This document shows positions 1-8,877 of a stretch of DNA of 17,646 bases, piece by piece (position 1 is the first letter of the stretch; each line of letters opens with the position of its first letter). The position numbers and the translations under genes were made by a program. Below the pieces are notes generated by a model. That model did no database searches and was not told the origin of the DNA. It saw only the letters and a list, made by a program, of their open reading frames with translations. Source of the stretch: Amoeboradix gromovi X-113. Lineage: Eukaryota > Fungi > Sanchytriomycota. The DNA lies in assembly GCA_018985225.1 (NCBI GenBank), contig JADGIF010000143.1, positions 1-17,646 of the forward strand, written 5' to 3'.

Positions 1-349
1 CTTGGAGGGCTACACTTGTACAAAGTGTCATTTGAAGATAGATAGAGATCATATGGCAGCAAGGAACATATACATCAAGTATATGCATCCTTATTCAATC
101 CCGCCTCAGGGTAGTGAAAGTGTGAGCAATCACTGTAACGGAGCATCTAGCATTGCTAGTTTCTCTGTGGAAATTCTCGATTCTCTCGGAAATCAGGACT
201 TTCAACGAGGAGATCTGATTTATAGAGCTTTCAAGGGAACAATTATTTATAGGAATATGAAGTATGACGATGAACAAAAGAGCTTAAAAAGTGATCTATT
301 ATCTCAAGTCAATAACAAATACAACAGAAAAGCCATTACAATATCCTAA
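1..349 (+). CDS. 3' end of a Fanzor2/TnpB-family RNA-guided nuclease ORF (copy A1), cut off by the window edge; intact or pseudogene status unknown
   Basis: Translation YTCTKCHLKIDRDHMAARNIYIK matches the second CxxC of the TnpB zinc finger plus the RuvC-III motif (canonical DRDxNAARNI; here N is replaced by M). The frame stays open through the putative omegaRNA to the stop at 347-349. The TTG 'start' in the ORF track is an edge artefact. Confidence 0.85.
   Translation, partial: LEGYTCTKCHLKIDRDHMAARNIYIKYMHPYSIPPQGSESVSNHCNGASSIASFSVEILDSLGNQDFQRGDLIYRAFKGTIIYRNMKYDDEQKSLKSDLLSQVNNKYNRKAITIS
80..212 (+). ncRNA. Putative omegaRNA scaffold / right end of Fanzor2 family A, copy A1
   Basis: Lies directly 3' of RuvC-III and is homologous to three other loci in the window. 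Contains hairpin CTAGC-ATT-GCTAG (147-159) and a long imperfect terminal hairpin (~160-213). Homology ends at GAGGAG(A) 207-213. The 5' boundary is approximate. Confidence 0.7.
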
Positions 350-512
350 ACAAAGAAAATAATATATGAGCTAAGTAGAATTCATTGGGTTCTCTGAATT
401 CTGGAGCAAGGAAAAGGAATCGCTAACAAAATACTAGAAATCTAGTTTTTATAAAATTCGTCTCAAATGATGATTAGGCCACTTACATTAGTCGATAAAA
501 TATTTAAAGCTC

Positions 513-1136
513 ATGCTAGAATTACCAAATTTTGCAGAAATCAGAGTAACCAGTTTGGCAAGAAGAGGTATAAATGCACCACGTCATGTATTTAGGGAAT
601 TTCTACGATTTCTAACCAAAGGAAATGTAGTTCAACTATCAATTGCTGTTATTCTAGGTACCGCATTCAATGCAGTTATAAACTCCATAGTACTAAATTT
701 TATCAATCCATTTATTGGTCTACTCGGCGCGAAGAATTTGGAAAACTTTTACGTTCCTTTATCTCGGTGCGGAAACGACTGTAATTATTCCACTCCTGCT
801 GATGCTAATAAAAACAATGTAGTAACTTTGAACGTTGGTGCTGTTGCTTCTTCAATAATCACTTTTATTTTGGTAACCATTTTGTGTTATGTAATGGCTA
901 ATACATTGTTAAAATACATGAATAAAAATTTCAAGGACGATGATAGGGATGATTGTATTTATTGTTTTGAGAAAATTAGAATCGCTGCTGTTAAATGTCC
1001 TTTTTGCCATACATTAAATCCTTTTCAAGATGCTGAGACTTTAAAATCTTCTAGTCTCAATCATAACAACACCACCGATAAGGCCGTTGCTCAAGAAACA
1101 CATACCTTGCTAGTTTCTCCGCAATTAATAAAATAA
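513..1136 (+). CDS. mscL: MscL-family large-conductance mechanosensitive channel with C-terminal CxxC...CxxC motif
   Basis: FREFLRFLTKGNVVQLSIAVILGTAFNAVINSIV..FINPFIG matches the MscL N-helix/TM1; VTLNVGAVASSIITFILV matches TM2. C-terminal CIYC-x9-CPFC. AATAAA overlaps the stop. Confidence 0.9.
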   Translation: MLELPNFAEIRVTSLARRGINAPRHVFREFLRFLTKGNVVQLSIAVILGTAFNAVINSIVLNFINPFIGLLGAKNLENFYVPLSRCGNDCNYSTPADANKNNVVTLNVGAVASSIITFILVTILCYVMANTLLKYMNKNFKDDDRDDCIYCFEKIRIAAVKCPFCHTLNPFQDAETLKSSSLNHNNTTDKAVAQETHTLLVSPQLIK

Positions 1137-1263
1137 ACAATAGATTTCATAACTATAGCCACTTTGTCTACACGCTCTTTCTGAGGAAGGTCTGTCGAAA
1201 AGAATCTGAATCCGGTTACATACGACTTGCTTCTCAATTTAAATATTTTTTCTTAGCCAATTG

Positions 1264-1284
1264 TTGACTCAGTTAACTGATCAA
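1264..1284. repeat. Near-perfect palindrome upstream of the orphan gene at 1436
   Basis: TTGA(C)TCAGTT|AACTGATCAA, with perfect 12-bp core TCAGTTAACTGA at 1269-1280. Confidence 0.6.
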
Positions 1285-1435
1285 ATGTTGAATGATGAGC
1301 CTTGCAGAAATTTTTCGAGGATTAAGTTAGTTAAGGATTTAGGATTTCTATTTCCCTATCCATTCTGATTATCAGCCAATTTAGGCCTAATATTTCTGAT
1401 TAACTGCTTAATCCACACCCAATCCCAGATAATCA

Positions 1436-2188
1436 ATGGTTCTGACTCTCTTTTTCTTCCCACTAATTTTTACAATTGGTGAAAGAGACATGCATAGCGC
1501 TGATATGTTTAAAAACATGGTCCAGGAGTTCAAGGATATTGGGTTAGATAAAATATATGATGGGCCAATTACGCCGATTAATTTCAGTGGCAGCGAAAGA
1601 CATGTTCGCTCCGTAATTAAAGCTATAATTAAAAGTTATGGGATACCATCTGAACTTGACCTATACGCTTCTGATACAGCAATAATTCACAAAAAGCTTA
1701 ACAATTTTGTTATCAAGTATTTTAAAGATATAGCATATCAAAACAACATTGAGGTGGAAAAGTTGAAAAATACCGCAGAACTCTCGGAGCTTCCGGAAAA
1801 CGTGATTCCCGAAAACTATTACGATTTAGTCAAAAGTGGATTTTTGCAAAAGGCAAGACATAAGATATCGCAAAGCAGAAAAATTCGAGAAATGAACAAT
1901 ATATTACAAGCGTCGGGAGCGGAGTATAAAGTACTGGATCTTGAATCTAGCGTAGTCCATGATGCGCAGTTTTGGACTTCTGTTGACAAAAAGTATGAAG
2001 AAATGAGAACAAAATTAACAGCTACGTTAGAAAATTACTCCAGTAGTGGAAGAAATGATGGAATCGCAGTCAGAAACGCAAGAGAGCTCCTCAAGAGTAT
2101 ATCTCTACAGCATCCTCAATTTAAGTCGCGGCCTTCTTTAAATGCTTTCACCAATAGGCATTTTTACGAAAGGTTCAGAATTATTTGA
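1436..2188 (+). CDS. Orphan protein, 250 aa, probably secreted
   Basis: Long ORF with hydrophobic N-terminus MVLTLFFFPLIFT; AATAAA ~50 nt after the stop; no family recognised. Confidence 0.7.
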   Translation: MVLTLFFFPLIFTIGERDMHSADMFKNMVQEFKDIGLDKIYDGPITPINFSGSERHVRSVIKAIIKSYGIPSELDLYASDTAIIHKKLNNFVIKYFKDIAYQNNIEVEKLKNTAELSELPENVIPENYYDLVKSGFLQKARHKISQSRKIREMNNILQASGAEYKVLDLESSVVHDAQFWTSVDKKYEEMRTKLTATLENYSSSGRNDGIAVRNARELLKSISLQHPQFKSRPSLNAFTNRHFYERFRII

Positions 2189-2397
2189 AGCTATTAAGAA
2201 TTTAAAGCCATGCAAACAGCTTGACTATTTTCTTGAATAAATCATTTATAGCGAATTTGTATATATTTTTGCATCATTTCAAGACTTTTCCAGATTTTTC
2301 TAATAGCTTAAATACTTAATTCTTTTCGCAAATGGTAAATCAATTCTAAAGAAATAACTAGCAGGTACAGCACACATTCATCAGCACTGAGGAACTG

Positions 2398-2430
2398 GTC
2401 GAAACATCGAAGAATTAGATGTCTTTCGAC
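2398..2430. repeat. Inverted repeat / hairpin just upstream of Fanzor remnant A2
   Basis: GTCGAAA--CATC ... GATG(TC)TTTCGAC gives an 11-bp stem with a 2-nt bulge and 9-nt loop. Confidence 0.55.
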
Positions 2431-2449
2431 GCCAGGAAAGAGATATCTG

Positions 2450-2764
2450 TACAATTTATTCAAAGAGCGCTAGAAGTTCAAGTGCAAACAAAGAGGAAAG
2501 ACGATAATCGAATGTAATGCAGCATTTACTAGTCAGACATGTACAAGGTGTGCTACTCTAAAGAAAACTAATTTAGAAACCTGAGCCTGTACAAAGTGTC
2601 ATTTGAAGATAGATAGAGATCATATGGCAGCAAGGAACATATGCATCAAGTAAATGTATCCTTATTCAATCCCACCTCAGGGTAGTGAAAGCGTGAGAAA
2701 TCACTGTAGCGGAGCATCTAGTACCGATAGTTTCTCTGTGAAAATTAGGACTTTTAACGAGGAG
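2450..2764 (+). mobile_element. Fanzor2/TnpB family A remnant, copy A2 (pseudogenised 3' ORF plus omegaRNA scaffold/right end)
   Basis: Frame 2450-2653 reads YNLFKER*KFKCKQRGKTIIECNAAFTSQTCTRCATLKKTNLET*ACTKCHLKIDRDHMAARNICIK* (internal stops at 2471 and 2582). 2588-2740 matches 17-169 with 11 mismatches in 153 nt, followed by a 19-nt deletion in the terminal hairpin. Ends GAGGAG(A). Confidence 0.9.
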
Positions 2765-3102
2765 AATTAATAGACTGAAACAAATTCTAGTCTAGATATG
2801 ACAGAATAAATGTGATATTTTCTTTAATTGGGAAATAGTAAATTATATTTCACCAGTCTAGAAATCGCAGAGTGTGTCCCCATTTGTTGTCTTGAATTTT
2901 ATTACAAAAAGGTTCTTCTAGAGGTGCAAAAAGATGTTCAAAGAATTCAACCGCATTTTTGCTTACAGGCAACAGAAATTGAGCGTCAAATTGAAATTTT
3001 TGAACCTTGGAATAATTGCATTTTATCCATTAATGATTAACGTCTTTGAAAACAGAATCAAATAATCAATTATAGCTTACAAGTATGTAACTGGAGAATA
3101 TT

Positions 3103-3212
3103 GCCACATGGTAATGGCTGCTCCTGCTTCAATAGCAACGGAGCAACTGGCTATATGAGTTTCTCTATATAAATTCTTGATTTTCCCCTAAATCAAGACT
3201 TTTAACTAGGAG
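3103..3212 (+). ncRNA. Diverged family A omegaRNA-scaffold/right-end copy A3, abutting the MCD start codon
   Basis: Ungapped alignment to 103-212 (offset 3000): GCC.CA.GGTA.TG, AACGGAGCA, AGTTTCTCT, AAATTCT.GATT, AAATCA.GACTTT.AAC.AGGAGAT. Perfect stem TCTTGATTT/AAATCAAGA at 3175-3198. No nuclease codons recognised upstream. Confidence 0.75.
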
Positions 3213-3216
3213 ATAC

Positions 3217-4170
3217 ATGTTTCGATTCCAAAGGTTTTACTCGGGAATTCGGAACACCATAGAGAGCGCCTCAGAACTAACAGCTATCGAACGGTCTAAA
3301 GCTATTAAAACCGCTGATTTAGAAGATTTGGAGGACATATATGAGCAGTTACAGGATGAGCATCTGGACAATTTCTTATTATGCTATACAGACTCGTTTA
3401 AATACCCTGAAAAACAATCTGTATTTTTAAAAGTGCTTCGCGACAAATTCGTCCCGCAACTTGAATACAAGAAGTTGGGCGCAAATGTCCCAACTACTAT
3501 TTTAGACCAGATAGTGGACTATGAAAGTAACCATCCAATAATATCTGTACACGACCTGATTGAACATAGATTTATGGGCAATAAGTTTATATATGCTGTA
3601 TTTCATCCACAACTAGGTGATAGAGTTTTGGGATATCTGAAAATTGGATTAGATGATAAAATTGCTTCAAATGTCAACGATTTGCTGACAAAACCTAGTA
3701 CCAAGAGTGATGTAGCTAATTTTTATTCCATAATCTCTCCTCATATGTATCTGTCTCAATTGAAAATCGGAAATAATTTGATTAAGAATGCCGTGAATTA
3801 TTTAAAATCCAACTACAATACAAAATCATTTTATACCCTAAGCCCTGTCCCTCGGTTGACTAAATGGATGGAATCAGAGCAATTGGAGTTTAGGTTACAG
3901 GATGAATCATATTTAAAGAAATTGGCTGCTACGTATTTGCAAACTGTTAAAAAAGGCAAATATGCTGCATGCCCAGTTGCAAACTTCCACCTGCAAAATG
4001 GTGCTTCTTTGTTTCGTATAAACACCAAAGCCAACATGTCTGAGCTTGGCATAACATCTAGTCTGGGAATAATGGTGAACTACGAATACGATTTAAAGAA
4101 ACTAGCAAAGATGGCAAAAGACTATCAATCTACAGGTAAAATTGCTAGCAAAATAAATTTTGTATCTTAG
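3217..4170 (+). CDS. MLYCD: Malonyl-CoA decarboxylase, probably mitochondrial
   Basis: MCD motifs YESNHPI, ANFYSI, GNNLIK, FYTLSPVP, CPVANFHLQNGA and GIMVNYEY. Arg-rich, acid-free N-terminus MFRFQRFYSGIRN resembles a presequence. Confidence 0.92.
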   Translation: MFRFQRFYSGIRNTIESASELTAIERSKAIKTADLEDLEDIYEQLQDEHLDNFLLCYTDSFKYPEKQSVFLKVLRDKFVPQLEYKKLGANVPTTILDQIVDYESNHPIISVHDLIEHRFMGNKFIYAVFHPQLGDRVLGYLKIGLDDKIASNVNDLLTKPSTKSDVANFYSIISPHMYLSQLKIGNNLIKNAVNYLKSNYNTKSFYTLSPVPRLTKWMESEQLEFRLQDESYLKKLAATYLQTVKKGKYAACPVANFHLQNGASLFRINTKANMSELGITSSLGIMVNYEYDLKKLAKMAKDYQSTGKIASKINFVS

Positions 4171-4181
4171 AGTTTATTTTC

Positions 4182-4617
4182 TTAATGGTGACTCTCTTGT
4201 TTTGGAAGCAAATCAGCAACTGGAAATGTACCATTCTCACGCTGTTCATCCCATTTCTCTGTCCAAATTGTTGGACACAAGTCGGCGTATGCACTTTTTA
4301 ATACTTTGCAGATTGGTTCATCTTCACTAAAATGTTTGATGCATTTGAAATGATCAACATAATTTTGCCAGCAATTTCTAGTTTGGTTGACGTTTGGGAA
4401 CCTACGTTACTCAATGATACCTTGAATCAAATCCTACTGTAGATAGTACTGGTTTTGCATCCTCTTGGGATTCTTCGACAGAAGCGGTGGTTGCAATATC
4501 CTCAGTATCTGCTGCTTTAATCTCTTCTATTTGAGGTTTAGTGGCTACTTCTTCATTAGTTACAAGTGAATGGGAATCCGGTTTGACTTGATGGGTGTGA
4601 GAGTCGCAATGTAACAT
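4182..4617 (-). CDS. COX6B: Cytochrome c oxidase subunit 6B (Cox12), 2 exons: 4617-4421 and 4401-4182, 138 aa
   Basis: Removing the 19-nt intron gives [27 protein letters not shown]...C...YADLCPTIWTEKWDEQRENGTFP, the COX6B twin-Cys pattern. Has an acidic N-terminal extension. The ORF track shows exon 1 only. Confidence 0.93.
4402..4420 (-). other. 19-nt spliceosomal intron in COX6B
   Basis: GTATCATTGAGTAACGTAG; removal restores the conserved D-S-R-F-P. Confidence 0.9.
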
Positions 4618-4848
4618 CGTTTAATAATCCGATTTAAAGCTTTTATATCTATCACAGCAAGCAGCTAGTGTTTTTAACACAACTTAGCAGCCAAAATTTA
4701 GACATGACCTTAACATGCACCTCGAATTTGGTGCTAATTCTGAGAATTACAAGAGGCCTGATGACTGGAGTAAGACCTACATAATTTAAAAATCGAGCCG
4801 GTGGTAGAACTTAGATTGATGATAAAATAAATGGAAGGTTTTTACTAA

Positions 4849-5976
4849 TTAATAAATTCCAGAAACCTTTAACGAGTTTTGCAGAATTGTATCTTTTATG
4901 GCAGCGAACACTAAGTCAATATAAGTTACCTAGCTTAATATTCTTAGTATCACAGGCGCAAGTGACGTGTGGATATATTTTTAGCTTGGCCCTGTTTACT
5001 ACAGAAAATTTTGACATGACATATTTGCAGGCTAAACTTGGATCCTCTCCACCTTCAAAATCTGGATGGAATTTCTTTAGAGGAATTATAGTCAATTTCT
5101 CCTTAAAAATATCTATTTTATTCAGCAGCACTACCATTGATGCCCTGCTAAACCATCTGGAATTCACTACGCTGTCAAATAGAGATATAGACTCTTCCAT
5201 TCTATTTACCCTTGCATCTTCCAATAAGGTTTGATCGTACTCACTTAATGAGGTAACGAATATCACCATTGTGACACCTTCAAAACAGTGAATCCATTTT
5301 CGCCTTTCACTTCGTTGTCCGCCTACGTCAAACATACTACATTATAATGTAATTACTGAACCCTTATCTTGTCCATTCTGAATCTAGTGTCTACAATACC
5401 GGTAGTCTTTTTCCTAACTCTCAAAATGTCTTCAGCTGTGGGTGTGTAATCGGATAAGCAAATTCTTTCTATGTTCAGAAAAAAGTATTGTGCGCTGTCA
5501 GGTAAATAAAACTCTGATCGTCTCGACATAGCCTCAGCAACCACTGGATCCTCCCATAATTTTTTTAAAATGGAAGAATGTTTGGAATTAAGAGTCACTT
5601 GCTCGTTTAATGTAGAGAGTCTTCGTTCTTCAGTGTGCACCTTCTGTCTACCAAATTCTAGGTTTAGTTCATTGGCACCTTTCTCATTTTCACGTTTTTT
5701 CCATTTCAGACCCATTGCATCTAGTCCGTCTTGAAAAAGTGAAATGTTAAGGACGATGTTATTAAATATGACAGGTTTAAAGAGTATTGCTTCTTTCGGA
5801 GGATATCCGTTCATATGAATAATCTTCATTTGTCTTACAATAGTTGACTTTCCGGATTCTCCGGCACCAAGAAGCAGCAATTTAACCTCTTGCCTGTATT
5901 TCTCTGCGTCTATCGCGAGCTGCATATCTATAACTTGTGATTTCTTGTTTTCCGCAGAAGAACAAACAGCACCCAT
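4849..5976 (-). CDS. Heterotrimeric G-protein alpha subunit, fungal group III (Gpa2/GNA-3-like); exons 5976-5357, 5336-4930, 4910-4849; 362 aa
   Basis: MGAVCS myristoylation site, [32 protein letters not shown]. The spliced C-terminus [35 protein letters not shown] resembles fungal group III G-alpha termini. Confidence 0.93.
4911..4929 (-). other. 19-nt intron 2 of G-alpha
   Basis: GTAACTTATATTGACTTAG; removal gives [14 protein letters not shown]. Confidence 0.9.
5337..5356 (-). other. 20-nt intron 1 of G-alpha
   Basis: GTAATTACATTATAATGTAG; removal gives RVHMFDVGGQ. Confidence 0.9.
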
Positions 5977-6066
5977 TAATGTGGCTTGATATTTTGAAGG
6001 AAAACGTTATACATGAATGTTCTAATCAACCTTTATTTATTTTAAATTGAATTATCGCTCTTTAAT

Positions 6067-7689
6067 TTAAGTCCTTATTCTTTCGCATCTGTACTTTTCG
6101 ATCAAAACACTTGATTCCCCAGACTTACATTTCTTAGTTTGTGGAATAGTGTTATAAAAGAAACAAGTATCGTAATTTAGCGTGAAAGAAACACAACCTG
6201 GAATGGAAGCGCATTGATTCTTACATTCTAGGAAACTGTTTTCTTTTTTGTGATATTCATAAATCAGATAGTCTACGGAATTAAAACATCCCACCAAATT
6301 TGTGATTATGTTGGTAGTTTTTACTACTTTTTCGTTTCTAATAAGTGAGCGGTTTTGGAAAACATTTGAGGAAACGCCATCAAACATAAGCGGTATTTCA
6401 CATGGATCAAATAAGTTCCATCGTTCTGAGTCTGATCGTAAAACAGGATAGTACCCATTGAAAGATGTATGGGTTGAAGCGCAAGTTCTCAAATTGCTAC
6501 AATCACATTTCGGTATTCCTGGTGGTAGTATAATAACGCTAGAGTTGCAAAGGTAAGAATCAGAGTTTTCAAAATAAATTGCGTTGCGATTTGCCATGTG
6601 TACAAAATGATTCATGTTCCCTATAAAAAGGTTTTTGGGATGATCCACTTTTATTGACCTAAGTTAATTCATAATTTACCACTGATTACCAAAATTGAAA
6701 TGATCCTCAACTTCCTTAACAAAATGATATCTAAACTTTTGCTGTCTATCTTCATTAGGAAGTATCTGATAAGAGAAAACAATACTGCCTGTTACTAAAA
6801 CTATGAACATCATTCCAAGACTTCTTTTACTCAGTGCTTGGTTATTTTCGTCCTCCAAATCAAAATCGGCAGAGCTTTGTTTAGAATAAATGGCAATAAG
6901 CAACAGCCAAATGATGCTGAGTAGAAGTGAAAACCTTTGTATTTCGATGAATTTCAAGACTTCTGCCAAAACAAAACTTAGAAATAACTCCTGCATCGTC
7001 AAAATTTTGCAGCATTTTATTAGAAAGAAGAGTTCAAATGCTGCGGGAAGCAATGTAAGTATTGGAACATTGAGCGTTAAAAGTTCCTCCACGATAGAGT
7101 CGCTTTCGTAGTACTTGTCTTGCTCTGGAATGAGTGTGATACCATGCTTAAAGAAACTACAAGCAAAGAAGAGCATCGTAGCTAACTGAAAAATGCTTTC
7201 TTTTTTCGAAAAAAACTTGAATGAAAGCGATTGAATTCCTGTTATAAAAATATGACTTAATACAAATAATATAGGCTCCAATAGTATGAAGTAAACGCTT
7301 ATTCCAAAGCTCATACATATTATAGCAAAAAATAATGGGTGGAATTCTGTTTTTGGTCTCCCGAATCCGATTAAATAAAGCAGCGCAGAATCATAAAACC
7401 TCCAGCCTCCTGAATCGATTTGTGTTAAAATAGTCCCCAAAGCATAAACAATCTCAAATTTATGTTTAAGCAAATTTTTTTTAATATATATAAATAGCGA
7501 GCTTGAAGAGTCGTTCTCATATATCGCTTTAGAGCCCTTGAGTAAATAATATTGTTCCTTTGTTCTTATTGATTTCCAAAAGTTAAAAAGAAATAATATC
7601 CATGCCAAAGTTCCATATTTCATGGCTGAATCCACCTCTACACCTACTACATTACCAATAACCCATAACAAAGATATCAAGGAATTCAT
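6067..7689 (-). CDS. Multi-pass membrane protein with Cys-rich C-terminal PAN/Apple-like module; exons 7689-6680 and 6658-6067; 533 aa
   Basis: The ORF-track entries 6676-7689 and 6067-6648 are in the same frame and are joined by a 21-nt GT-AG intron. Many hydrophobic segments. C-terminal ECKNQCASIPGCVSFTLNYDTCFFY resembles PAN CxxxC...CxSF...C. Confidence 0.7.
6659..6679 (-). other. 21-nt intron (retention gives an in-frame TAA)
   Basis: GTAAATTATGAATTAACTTAG; same GTA...TRAYKTAG pattern as the three homology-supported introns. Confidence 0.8.
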
Positions 7690-8275
7690 GAGGCTTGGCC
7701 TTTTTCGTAATGGCTGGAATATGCTGCATATCTACCCTGCTTTCATTCGTATAATTTATCGGTGTATTTATTGGTATTTTCTAACTTAGCTCTTCAGTAA
7801 AAAAGTCCAGCTTTGCTAGAAAATCAAGAACTTGCTGAAATACTGAAGTAGGTGGCTCGGTTACAATGTTTTGCCCACGGTTCCACTGTTTTGATGCATT
7901 ATTATGTATATGCATTTCAAGTATACGCATGTGTTAAACGCCCATTTGCCAAATAAACACAGATAATCTCTTTTGAGGAAATATTAAGCGGATCTTGATT
8001 ATTTTGTACACAGCACCGGAATTTTTTTGACGACGCTCAGATAAGTTCGATGGCTATTTCAGCAGAGTATCCTCTGCATCTCCTGGTGGTCACTTTAGAT
8101 TCGACATGTTCTTGCTGTGGTAATTTGGAGACATTGTAATAGATGAAAAAAGAGTAAAAGCTTTATACATTTAGAAAACTGTAGTAATGCAGTCTGCTCC
8201 AGGAGCGAATCCATGTTATCGCCATAAATGAGCTACTCAACTAAAATCAATTGCTGAAACAATCAAATTAACTTG

Positions 8276-8848
8276 ATGCAAAAATTCAAATTGGTATTTC
8301 TTGGACATGTGGGATCTGGTAAAACATCTGTAATAACTAGATTCATGTACGATACTTTCGAGAGCAATTATCAAGCAACTATTGGAATAGATTTTCTTTC
8401 CAAAACTATGTACTTAGACGACAGAACATTGCGTTTACAGCTATGGGACACCGCAGGCCAGGAGAGGTTTCGTTCGCTAGTTCCATCATATATCCGCGAT
8501 TCCAGTGTCGCAGTTGTTGTTTATGACATGACTGATAAGCATTCCTATGCTCAAGTTGATCATTGGGTTCAAGAAATAATAAACGAAAGAGGTTCCGATG
8601 TTATCCTGGCAATCATTGGTAACAAATCAGACCTTACCAGCGAACGTCAAATTTCATCTGAAATGGCAAACAAAAAAGCACTAGAACACAGTGCTATTTT
8701 TATTGAATGCAGTGCTAAAACTGGTTCCAATATCAAAGAGCTATTCTATTTAATTACAGAGCGTCTTCCTTCCCTGCCTGATTCCAAGAAATCTCAAGTC
8801 CACGTTGAAATTACTACTACAACTCCATCTGAGAGTTGCAATTGTTGA
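8276..8848 (+). CDS. RAB6: Rab6/Ypt6 small GTPase
   Basis: [20 protein letters not shown]...[53 protein letters not shown] and C-terminal CNC prenylation motif. ATG at 8276; AATAAA at 8866-8871. Confidence 0.95.
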   Translation: MQKFKLVFLGHVGSGKTSVITRFMYDTFESNYQATIGIDFLSKTMYLDDRTLRLQLWDTAGQERFRSLVPSYIRDSSVAVVVYDMTDKHSYAQVDHWVQEIINERGSDVILAIIGNKSDLTSERQISSEMANKKALEHSAIFIECSAKTGSNIKELFYLITERLPSLPDSKKSQVHVEITTTTPSESCNC

Positions 8849-8877
8849 TAAGAATATGAGTCACTAATAAAATCAAT

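Noticed and set aside
2828-3040. 70-aa ORF between A2 and A3
   Set aside because: TTG start and no recognisable motif; no Fanzor similarity in the frames checked.
17-3212. Repeated blocks with different downstream sequences as a CRISPR array
   Set aside because: Repeats are >100 nt, irregularly spaced, and attached to TnpB-like coding remnants; no cas genes.
3208-3219. AGGAGA just before the MCD ATG looks like a Shine-Dalgarno site
   Set aside because: The locus is eukaryotic, the spacing is too short, and the same AGGAGA ends all four family-A copies regardless of downstream genes.
5658-5678. Possible in-frame 21-nt intron GTGCC...AAACCTAG in the G-alpha helical domain
   Set aside because: Does not fit the GTA...TRAYKTAG pattern and the unspliced peptide is acceptable; would need RNA-seq.
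7700-8270. Possible extra gene or exons between the membrane-protein gene and Rab6
   Set aside because: Only short ORFs (about 44 aa or less) were seen in the minus-strand frames checked, with no recognisable homology or convincing splice sites.
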